From: Octopus bimaculoides
Lineage: Eukaryota
Assembly: GCF_001194135.2 (NCBI RefSeq)
Contig: NC_068989.1
Span: 84,455,729-84,491,981, forward strand
DNA length: 36,253 nucleotides
Direction: 5' to 3'
In this document: positions 12,098 through 21,365 of the stretch, piece after piece
How the letters are laid out: every line of letters starts with the position of its first letter
Numbering within the stretch: the stretch's first letter is position 1
Notes under the pieces: generated by a model
The model's database searches: none
Told to the model about the DNA's origin: nothing
What the model saw: the letters and a program-made list of their open reading frames with translations, nothing else
Translations under genes and position numbers: made by a program

Positions 12098-12487
12098 GAA
12101 TGGTCCTTCATGATTACCTGATGAATACACCGTTGCTAAAACTGCATTCCAAAGAGTAGAAAACCTGCTTTTAGTACCACAAAACTAAAAATACTTCAGT
12201 TCTGGTCAATCACCGATCCTCTTCAAACTTCAAGGAAGTGCAAGCATTCTTCAATTTACATAGTTTTGAATTGCATCTTTTTAGATTTTATGCCATGTTT
12301 TTTTGGGTTTTTTTTAAGAAATTAATGGAAAGAGTAAACCTTAATTTTAGTTGATTTATCTGGCTCAAAAAAAAAAACATGTTTAAAAGCATAAAAATTA
12401 TTTTAGAAAAAAGCCATGTAAACACTAATAGGGAAGGAAAAATCAAATTCAATACATGTGAAAATATACACAAAGTATTTATTAAAA

Positions 12488-12900
12488 TACTCTTACTCTT
12501 TACCCTTTTACTTGTTTCAGTCATTTGACTGTGGCCATGCTGGAGCACTGCCTTCAGTCGAGCAAATCGACCCCAGGACTTATTCTTTGTAAGCCTAGTA
12601 CTTATTCTATTGGTCTCTTTTGCCGAACCGCTAAGTTACGGGGACGTAAACACACCAGCATCGTTTGTCAAGCGATGTTGGGGGACAAACACAGATACAC
12701 AAACATATACACCCACATAATATATATACATATATACGACGGGCTTCTTTCAGTTTCCGTCTACCAAATCCACTCACAAGGCTTTGGTCGGCCTGAGGCT
12801 ATAGTAGAAGACACTTGCCCAAGGTGCCACACGGTGGGACTGAAGCCAGAACCATGTGGTTGGTAAGCAAGCTACTTACCACACAGCCACTCCTGCGCCT
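12488..12900 (-). mobile_element. SINE family 1, full length
   Basis: sense head aggcgcaggagtggctgtgtggtaag with A-box-like TGGCTGTGTGG and B-box-like GCTTCAGTCCC (GGTTCAGTCCC in other copies); internal microsatellite; (GAGTAAAA)-type tail. Confidence 0.95.
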
Positions 12901-13139
12901 GTTCGTGTTTTTTCATGTAACTTCGTTTTTCANNNNNNNNNNNNNNNNNNNNNNNNNNNNNNNNNNNNNNNNNNNNNNNNNNNNNNNNNNNNNNNNNNNN
13001 NNNNNNNNNNNNNNNNNNNNNNNNNNNNNNNNNNNNNNNNNNNNNNNNNNNNNNNNNNNNNNNNNNNNNNNNAACAAAGATTAACTCACCAACACACAAC
13101 TACTGGATCAGACAGGCTGTCTTTTTTTCTGTTTTCTAC

Positions 13140-13240
13140 TACTATTACTACTACTACTTTCACCACCACCACCACCACCACCATTACCACCACCACCACC
13201 ACTACCACCACCACCACCACTACTACTACTACTACTACAG
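13140..13240. repeat. (ACT)n/(ACC)n trinucleotide repeat
   Basis: visible tandem repeat; source of the poly-Thr ORF. Confidence 0.95.
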
Positions 13241-13924
13241 TCTCAGTTCCTAAGATCTAGCTAAATACTTTTCTTCTCATCATCTTTCACAGTCTCCCCC
13301 CACCCGCCCACTCCTATACCAGATCCTATACTAAGCACGTTGTCCCATCCTCTCTCTCTCCCTATGGCTACTACACTCTGTTCTCTCTCAACCCCTATTT
13401 CCCCTGCAGCCTCCTGACCTACAAATATGCTAAAACAGAACGTCACTCGTCCATTTCATTGCCAGTCCGATCAGCCTAAGAGGATCAGTAGAGGCTATGG
13501 ACACAGCTCCCTTCTGAATACCAGATCAATCTTTAACATTTAGGCATTCATCTATTCTATTTTGCAAGCCATTATGAAGGTCAACAGTTGGTCAAAATCT
13601 GTGGACCGACCGAACCAGCAGTTGAAAGGAATGGCCTGAATTTTGCAGTGAAATGACCAATTGCTTATCTATGATAATTCTATGGAAGATAACAAAGCAA
13701 TGAGTTAATGGCAATAGTAGCAGACTGACCAATCCAATATGAATGGACATTAAATTATCTTATCTCTGTCTGTCCAGTTTTAGCAAAGATAGAATATAAT
13801 TGCCGGCATCATTGAATAATGATTCTACCATTTAGGGCAATGTGCCAACAGTTACAAACCAAAATATGAAGTTAAGGACTATATTTATTTCCTACTTCCC
13901 TCCGCCTCGTTAACCATTCCAATA

Positions 13925-14100
13925 CACAATGTACTCCACTGTTTTTCTGGCACATAGTGTACTCTAATGTTTTCCAGTACACAATATACTCTGTTTCCAT
14001 TGCACAACGTACTCTAATGCATCCAGCACACAATGTACTCCACTATATCCAAGTGCACAATAAACTTCAATGTTTCCCAGGACATTTATCCACTGTTTTA
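13925..14100. repeat. degenerate minisatellite, about 6 units of 23-28 bp
   Basis: recurrent cacaat-gtactc-..tgtttcca unit. Confidence 0.7.
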
Positions 14101-14329
14101 TCCAACATTAAACTAAAAGTTAATGGGTGAACACAAGGACATTCTCTTCATATGTAGTCTATATGTATTACTACTCACTATTTATAGACACTAATATTCA
14201 CTACAATCCTTTCTACTATAGACACAAGGCCTTAAATTTGTGGGAAGGGGCACTATAATCAATAATACTAACAACTATAGTCATATAGCTGTCATGAATG
14301 CTAACTACTATAGCTAACATGAATATTAA

Positions 14330-14549
14330 CCCTTTCATTACTGTATTTATTTTGAAATGCTCTGTGTTTCTTTCAATTACTTTAAATATAACAAAGAATT
14401 TAGTAAAATAACTTAGTCACCATTAAACTAGTGTTAGGAACATAAATTGTGATTAAGGTTTGGTGGAAGATTTTAATTCAAAACTTATGAAAACAAAACA
14501 TTTGTACGGAGAGCCAGAGCCGGTTTCAGCCAGGTTGGTATCAAAAGGG
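14330..14549. mobile_element. piggyBac-type MITE, copy 1
   Basis: TTAA 14326-14329, ccctttcattac ... gtatcaaaaggg, TTAA 14550-14553; no ORF. Confidence 0.85.
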
Positions 14550-14569
14550 TTAAATTAATCATTTGTTAA

Positions 14570-14791
14570 CCCTTTTGTTACCATATTTCTGTTGAGATGC
14601 TCTGTGTTTCTTTCAATTGATTTTGAATATAACAAAGAATTTAGTAAAATAACTTAGTTATCATTCAGCTAGTGTTAGGAACATAAATTGTGACTAAGGT
14701 TTGGTGAAAGATATTAATTCAAAACTTATAAAAGTAAGACATTTGTACTACAGAGCCAGAAACAGTTTCAGCCAGGATGGTAATGAAAGGG
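14570..14791. mobile_element. piggyBac-type MITE, copy 2, direct tandem
   Basis: TTAA 14566-14569, cccttttgttacca ... tggtaatgaaaggg, TTAA 14792-14795; collinear with copy 1. Confidence 0.85.
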
Positions 14792-14795
14792 TTAA

Positions 14796-14960
14796 GGCAG
14801 AAGGCTGGCAGAATTATGAGCACACTGGACAAAATGTTTGCAGTATTTCTTCCAGCTTTATGGCTCTGAGCTCAAATCCTGTCAGAGTCAGCTTTCATTC
14901 TTTGAAGGTCGTGGAAATAAGTACCATTTGAGTAATAAGGTCAATACAGTCAACTTTTGC
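14796..14960 (+). mobile_element. SINE family 2, diverged
   Basis: gctggcagaatt..agcacactggacaaaatg..ctctgagctcaaatcc..ggaaataagtacca. Confidence 0.75.
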
Positions 14961-14992
14961 GCCAAAATTAGAAAGAATCGTTGTTGTTGTTG

Positions 14993-15048
<56 letters not shown>

Positions 15049-16240
15049 GTTCAGTAGTTTTATTTTTATAACGTGCTTTCACTTCACTACCGAGCGCAGC
15101 TCTGTGCGCCTTGGGTATGTGCTGTGGTGCTCTTATGTTTACTGTATTGAAAGTGTTTTGCGTAGAATGTGTGCAGTGCCCAGTAGTGCAATTTTCTGTA
15201 TGTTATATATATTTGTAAGTCCTAGTGTTTTTGTTATGTATTTGTCTGAATATTTTTTTTATTATACCTAAGGCACCNNNNNNNNNNNNNNNNNNNNNNN
15301 NNNNNNNNNNNNNNNNNNNNNNNNNNNNNNNNNNNNNNNNNNNNNNNNNNNNNNNNNNNNNNNNNNNNNNNNNNNNNNNNNNNNNNNNNNNNNNNNNNNN
15401 NNNNNNNNNNNNNNNNNNNNNNNNNNNNNNNNNNNNNNNNNNNNNNNNNNNNNNNNNNNNNNNNNNNNNNNNNNNNNNNNNNNNNNNNNNNNNNNNNNNN
15501 NNNNNNNNNNNNNNNNNNNNNNNNNNNNNNNNNNNNNNNNNNNNNNNNNNNNNNNNNNNNNNNNNNNNNNNNNNNNNNNNNNNNNNNNNNNNNNNNNNNN
15601 NNNNNNNNNNNNNNNNNNNNNNNNNNNNNNNNNNNNNNNNNNNNNNNNNNNNNNNNNNNNNNNNNNNNNNNNNNNNNNNNNNNNNNNNNNNNNNNNNNNN
15701 NNNNNNNNNNNNNNNNNNNNNNNNNNNNNNNNNNNNNNNNNNNNNNNNNNNNNNNNNNNNNNNNNNNNNNNNNNNNNNNNNNNNNNNNNNNNNNNNNNNN
15801 NNNNNNNNNNNNNNNNNNNNNNNNNNNNNNNNNNNNNNNNNNNNNNNNNNNNNNNNNNNNNNNNNNNNNNNNNNNNNNNNNNNNNNNNNNNNNNNNNNNN
15901 NNNNNNNNNNNNNNNNNNNNNNNNNNNNNNNNAGGCTCTGGTCTTGTGCAGCAATTAAAAATCATTCAGTCTCTGCTTTGAGTCCTGAGCTTCTCAGCCA
16001 TTGCTGGGATTTTTCTCTGTCTATTTCTTTCGCATTTAGTTTAGCCCAGTATTTATCATGTAGGGGCTTTTCTTGCCATCGTTTTATCATGGTCCGTTGC
16101 TGTTCTAGTTTTAGTTTGGATTTCATTTGTTTTATAGCTTTTGTTGTTTCTTCTTCTTCTTCTTCTTCTTCTTCTTCGTATTTGTTAGGTAGATTGATTT
16201 CTTGTTTGTATTTGTCAGCTTCCTTAAATACTGAAAACAG

Positions 16241-16244
<4 letters not shown>
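15049..16244 (-). mobile_element. Dong/R4-clade non-LTR retrotransposon (restriction-like endonuclease type), 5'-truncated and decayed; gap 15278-15932 inside
   Basis: minus-strand translation KLFSVFKEADKYKQE..RWQEKPLHDKYWAKLNAKEIDREKSQQWLRSSGLKAETE*FLIAAQDQSL (16244-15933) and GALGIIKK-(+1 shift in A run)-YSDKYITKTLGLTNIYNIQKIALLGTAHILRKTLSIQ* (15277-15139); flanked on both sides by (TAA)n. Confidence 0.85.
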
Positions 16245-16298
<54 letters not shown>

Positions 16299-16348
16299 TT
16301 TACAGTATTACTACTATTACTAATACTGCTACTTATAACAAAACATTG

Positions 16349-16379
16349 TTAATTTTCTGTTTATGTATTTCAGGTAAGT
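16349..16379 (+). promoter_or_regulatory. candidate recursive (ratchet) splice site: 3' acceptor fused to a perfect 5' donor
   Basis: ttaattttctgtttatgtatttCAG|GTAAGT; junction 16373/16374; branch-like TTAAT at 16349-16353. Confidence 0.3.
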
Positions 16380-16444
16380 GTTTGGTTTGTCCTTCCAAAA
16401 ATATATTGAATCTTTACTGTGAGTATTGTCTGACTTGCTTTCTT

Positions 16445-16670
16445 TACATTGTTCTTGCTTAACCCTGAGCCAACCTTGATCAAGACTTATGATTAAAGCA
16501 ATTCCAACTAAGACCATCACTTTAGACACAGTTCATCTACTACTATATAAAATGAACTTCCTTTTCTTTTTAAGAGAGTAGGATACGATTTGAGGGAGGT
16601 GTGGCTAATTTGAGGGTGGTGTGGCTACTATATCTAGCATATCAATGACTGCATATAGGCTCCTTAGTTC
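16445..16670. repeat. family 4 unclassified old repeat with internal 20-bp duplication
   Basis: atttgagggaggtgtggcta-atttgagggtggtgtggcta then ctatatctagc..ataggctcc; shared motif with 11600-11810. Confidence 0.6.
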
Positions 16671-16709
16671 ACCATAAGATGTATCTTTATTTATGTTTGT
16701 GTTTAGATA

Positions 16710-17116
16710 CATCATCATCGTCATCGTATAATGTCCGCTTTCCATGCTAGCATGGGTTGGACGATTTGACTGAGGACTGGTGAAACCAGATGGCTATACC
16801 AGGCTCCAATCTGATCTGGCGGAGTTTCTACAGCTGGATGCCCTTCCTAACGCCAACCACTCCGAGAGTGTAGTGGGTGCTTTTACGTGCCACTGGCACA
16901 AAGGCCAGTCAGGTGGTACTGGCAACGACCATGCTCGAAATGGTGTATTTTACGTGCCACCTGCACAGGAGCCAGTCCAGCAGCACTGGCAATGATCTCG
17001 CTTGAATGTCTTTTTACGTACCACCGGCACAAATGCCAGGAAGGCGACGCTGGTAACGATCACACTCAAATGGTGCTATTTACATGCCACTGGCACGGAA
17101 GCCAGACAGCTGCTCT
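16710..17116 (-). mobile_element. RTE LINE 3' UTR/tail (family 3) with four about 65-bp internal repeats
   Basis: (cat)n tail plus ccatgctagcatgg palindrome; repeated ttttacgtgccac(c/t)ggcac units 16881-17116. Confidence 0.9.
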
Positions 17117-17437
17117 AACTATTATACTCCCCCCCCCACAGGTCTTGTTTTGTGAATAAGGTTTTACAATATATGGTTGCATATATATATGTGGGTGTAC
17201 ATGCATGTGTTTCATTCGAGTGTGAGTGAGCATATGCATATATAGCACGTGCGTATTTTAGACATAGATTTTAGCCATCACTGTTTGTAATAGCCAAGTT
17301 GTTTCCATCTATTCATATATCAGTAATTTATCAATTGAACTAGCTGTCAAGAATGCATTATATGTGCAAATAGGTCTACCGAATTCAAACTCTCAGTGAT
17401 AGTGGTTTTATAAGCAGTGTCTCTGGGGATAGTTAAT

Positions 17438-17499
17438 GAGAGTACTCAGTTGATGATGAAGTCCCAAAGCATGACTGAAACTAGTCCAGCTGATCTCTC
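17438..17499 (+). ncRNA. minimal type I hammerhead ribozyme motif with one core substitution (C3A), probably from a Penelope-like element or retrozyme
   Basis: stem I tcagttg/cagctga extended by gagag/ctctc; core aTGATGA; stem II agtc/gact; GAAA; palindromic stem III ACTAGT; GTC cleavage triplet 17484-17486. Confidence 0.7.
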
Positions 17500-17859
17500 T
17501 TTTTCTTTCCACAAAGATATTGTATATAATATAAAGACACAATGTTTATATCTGTCTATACATACAATGTCAGTTAAAAATCTATAGATATATTCTATAC
17601 AAAATAACATTGAAATAAAATGCAGTTAATACACCAGTAATATTCACAGTTAAAGCAGTAGGATATGTTTTGAGTGAGATTTGACTGCTATTTCTTGCAG
17701 CACACACTAACCAATCACATTGTTGCTTCCTCATTAGTTAGTTGTATGTTAGAAATTGCAATAGTAACCATAGTGGAATGGTGGCAATGATGATCATAGG
17801 TCTTCTGTGTAAGGGCTAACCCAGGGCTAAACAGCATTTGTGACAACTAGCGCTACCAC

Positions 17860-18105
17860 TATTACCAGTAGTACAACCACCACAACTACAATTACTACAA
17901 TGATTACTGTTGCCACCACCAACACCGCTGCTATTACCACGATTGTACCTCAGATTATATAACTGTTGATAATGAGTGCATCGTCCGAAATGTCAAGATC
18001 TCCCCCTCACACATCTATCACAGCAGTACCATCTCTACTACCCACCATCACAGCACCACTATGTACATAATTACTACTACCACCACCACTGCTACTATCA
18101 CTCTT

Positions 18106-18149
<44 letters not shown>

Positions 18150-18746
18150 AGTCATTATCATCATCATAGCTATAATTAACCCTACCACCATCACCAAAAT
18201 CACCTCCTCCTCCTTCACTGCCACCACCACTACCACCTTCCGCAATTAACTACTTCATCACTATCAACATCACCTTTATCACCACACTGCTTCCATTACT
18301 ACCACCACCACCATCATCATCACCACCACCACAAGCATCACCACCACCAACATCACTACCACCACCACTACGACCAGCATCATCATCATCACCACCACCA
18401 CCATTACTAACATCATCTCTGCCACCACCACCACCACGTCCACTGTCCATAGCCCCACTCTAGTCTAATTAAATATAATTATTTTCCCAGACAGCTGGGG
18501 TTTTAATAATGTGGTTTCAACTGATGTCGGTATTGTTGTTGTTGTTGTTGTTGTTGTTGTTAGTGGTGGTGGTGGTGGTGGTGGTGGTGGTGTCTGTAAN
18601 NNNNNNNNNNNNNNNNNNNNNNNNNNNNNNNNNNNNNNNNNNNNNNNGGGGGGGGGGGGGTTACGTGGAGTTTGATTACATGGAGGTAGCGGTGTCGTAT
18701 GGTGGTATCTGTTACAGCAGCAGCAGCAGTAGCATTATCAGTGTTG

Positions 18747-18778
<32 letters not shown>

Positions 18779-18790
18779 GGTTGCAAGATT
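17860..18790. repeat. long low-complexity trinucleotide region (ACC/ATC/ACT then TTG/GTG/AGC)
   Basis: visible tandem repeats; yields homopolymeric ORFs in several frames. Confidence 0.9.
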
Positions 18791-19189
18791 GTGTTAGCTT
18801 GGGTAATTAGTGCATGTGTGTGTGCGTGTGTGTGGCTGCTTGACATTTGAAGATCCTGTAATTATTCTCAAATAATGAGAATTCTTTCACTTTTCACTTT
18901 GGCTTAGCCTTTCTTCAGTGTTGCTCACACCAAAGTTTTGCAACAACAGCAGGCCTCAATGAAGTCGGTCACCCTGCCAGAAGTAGTAACCAAACACCCC
19001 TCTCTCTCTCACTGTCTCTCTTTGTTCTTATCCCCCTGTCTTAAACATCAAACACATTTCATGATGTTGTCCTAGATATATATATACAAAGCTAATGGCT
19101 AGTATGTCTTTGATTAACACAGGTCTACTGGATCAGGGACTGACCTGGGGTTAAACAGCTATATTAATGGTAATAAGGATTTCCAATTT

Positions 19190-19381
19190 TGGCACAAGGC
19201 CAGCAATTTCAGAGGAGGGGCCTAAGTCAATGACATCAACCACAGTGCTCAACTGGTACTTATTTTGTTGACTCAGGAAGGCTAAGTCAACCTTGGCAGA
19301 ATTTGAACTCGGAACATAAAGATGGACGAAATACTGCAAAGCATTTCATCCAATGCTGACAATTCTGCCAGTTTGCCATCT
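19190..19381 (-). mobile_element. SINE family 2 (tail type A)
   Basis: tttggcacaaggccagcaatttc..ctcaactggtacttatttt..gaatttgaactc..ttctgccag. Confidence 0.88.
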
Positions 19382-19386
19382 TAATG

Positions 19387-19421
<35 letters not shown>

Positions 19422-19424
<3 letters not shown>

Positions 19425-19835
19425 TCCTTTACTTGTTTCAGTCATTTGACTGCGGCCATGCTGGAGCACCACCTTTAGTCGAGCAAATCGACCCCAGGAC
19501 TTATTCTTTGTAAGTCTAGTACTTATTCTATTGGTCTCTTTTGCTAAACCGCTAGATTACAGGGACGTAAACACACCAGCATTGGTTGTCAAGTGAAGTT
19601 GGTGGGGGGGGGGACAAACACAGACACACAAACATACACACACACACGTACATATATATATACATATATACAATGGGCTTCTTTCAGTTTCCGTCTACCA
19701 AATCCACTCACAAGGCTTTGGTCGGCTCGAGGCTATAGCAGAAGACACTTGCCCAAGGTGCCATGCAGTGGGACTGAACCCAGAACCATGTGGTTGGTAA
19801 GCAAGCTACTTACCACAAGCTACTTAACTGCGCCT
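19422..19835 (-). mobile_element. SINE family 1, full length, small duplication in head
   Basis: collinear with other copies; caagctactta repeated at 19802-19826; (TAA)n on both sides. Confidence 0.93.
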
Positions 19836-19885
19836 CGATAATGATAATAATAATAATAATAATAATAACGATAATAATAATAATA

Positions 19886-20101
19886 TTCTTTTCTACCAAA
19901 GGCACAAGGTCTGAAATTTTGCAGGAGGGGACTAGTCGATTCCATTGACCCCAATATTTCACTGGTACTTAATTTATCGACCCCTGAAAAGATGAAAGGC
20001 AAAGTTGACCTCGGTGGAATTTGAACTCAGAACGTAGCGATGGGCAAAATACTACTAAGCATTTTGTCCAGTGTGCTAACGATTTTGCCAGCTCGCCGTC
20101 T
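19886..20101 (-). mobile_element. SINE family 2 (tail type A)
   Basis: ggcacaagg..actggtacttaatttatcgacc..gatgaaaggcaaagttgacctcggtggaatttgaactcag..ttttgccagctcgcc. Confidence 0.92.
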
Positions 20102-20378
20102 TAATAATGACGATAATAATGCTTTCTTTATTAGCCACAAGTGTTGACAAAAAGGTCAAGGACAGTACAGAACAATACAGAGTGGGTTTGCTTAAGAAGT
20201 GTCTATAAATATATTAAAAAAATAGCAAAAATATTCAGTGGTTTTTAGAAAAGGTACAAGTTTATATAATGTTGATGATGGCATTTATAGTTATAATGTT
20301 GGTGGTTGCGTTGTTTCCATAATGTTGAAGTGGGTGTTTTTATAATGTTGACAGTTGTGTCAACGTTATATATAAATA

Positions 20379-20595
20379 TTGGTTTCAAATGTTGGCACAA
20401 GGCCAGAAAGTTCAGGATAAAGGGGTAAGTTGATTACATCAGCCCCAGTACACAACTGGTACTTATTTTGTCAGACCCCAAAAGGATGAAATACGACGTC
20501 GACCCCAGTGGAATTTGAACTCAGAACATAAAGATGAACGAAATGCCGCTAAGCATTTTTCACAGTAATGCTTGCAATTCTACCAGCTTGCTGTC
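20379..20595 (-). mobile_element. SINE family 2 (tail type A)
   Basis: collinear with 19886-20101. Confidence 0.88.
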
Positions 20596-20597
20596 TT

Positions 20598-20812
20598 TGA
20601 CTTCAAATTTTGGTACAAGGCCAGGAATTCCTGGGGGAAGGGTAAGTTGATTACATCAACCTCAGTACATGACTGGTACTTTATTTTAATGACCCCGAAG
20701 GTATGAATAGCAAAGTTGATCTCAATGGTATTTGAACTTGGAACACAAAGAACTGGAAAAAATACCATTAAGCATTTTGTCCAACATGCTAAAGGTTCTG
20801 CCAGCTCACCAT
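20598..20812 (-). mobile_element. SINE family 2 (tail type A)
   Basis: collinear with and directly adjacent to the previous copy. Confidence 0.88.
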
Positions 20813-20946
20813 TATAAACTGGTTTCTGATTTGTGCACAATGCCAGCAATTAGCTAATACTGTTGACCCCCAGAGGAAGATGTCTTTCCCCAATCCTCTC
20901 AGCCTTGTCCACCGCACAACCTCTTTCCCCATAGACACTACACAGA

Positions 20947-21365
20947 AGGCGACAAGCTGGCAGAAACATTAGCACGCCAGGCAAAATGCTTAGCGGTATT
21001 TCCACTGAGGTCGACTTTGCCTTTCATCCTTTTGGGGTCAATGGAATAAGTACCAGTTACGCACTGGAGGCGATATAATCGACTTAATCTGCTTGTCTGT
21101 CCTTGTTTGTCCCCTCTATGTTTAGCCCCTTTTGGGCAATAAAGAATAAGAAACGTTAGCACATCGGGCGAAATGCTTAGCAGTATTTCTTCTGCCGCTA
21201 TGTTCTGAGTTCAAATTCCACCGAGGTCGACTTTGCCTTTCATCCTTTCGGGGTCGATGAATTAAGTACCAGTTGCATACTGGAGTCGATATAATCGACT
21301 TAATCCGTTTGTCTGTCCTTGTTTGTCCCCTCTGTGTGTAGCCCCTTGTGGGCAGTAAAGAAATA
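20947..21365 (+). mobile_element. head-to-tail dimer of SINE family 2 (tail type B) with 14-bp TSD
   Basis: two monomers joined at aaagaataag-aaacgttagcac (21141-21162); agacactacacaga at 20933-20946 and 21366-21379. Confidence 0.92.

Noticed and set aside
12113-12185. Possible minus-strand exon (tatttttag..catcag|gtaatc) encoding FCGTKSRFSTLWNAVLATVYSS
   Set aside because: Plausible splice signals but no recognisable protein; cannot be supported without RNA-seq
12856-12900. tRNA-like heads (also 26146-26215) as real tRNA genes
   Set aside because: Imperfect cloverleaf and direct continuation into SINE bodies with tails; one has a TSD
14330-14791. Outer TIRs (ccctttca) match each other and inner TIRs (cccttttg) match each other, suggesting a compound transposon
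   Set aside because: Both variants derive from ccctttCG by CpG deamination (CA or TG), so the pattern can be coincidental
16881-17116. Regularly spaced repeats as a CRISPR-like array
   Set aside because: The units are whole diverged tandem repeats without unique spacers, inside a eukaryotic LINE UTR
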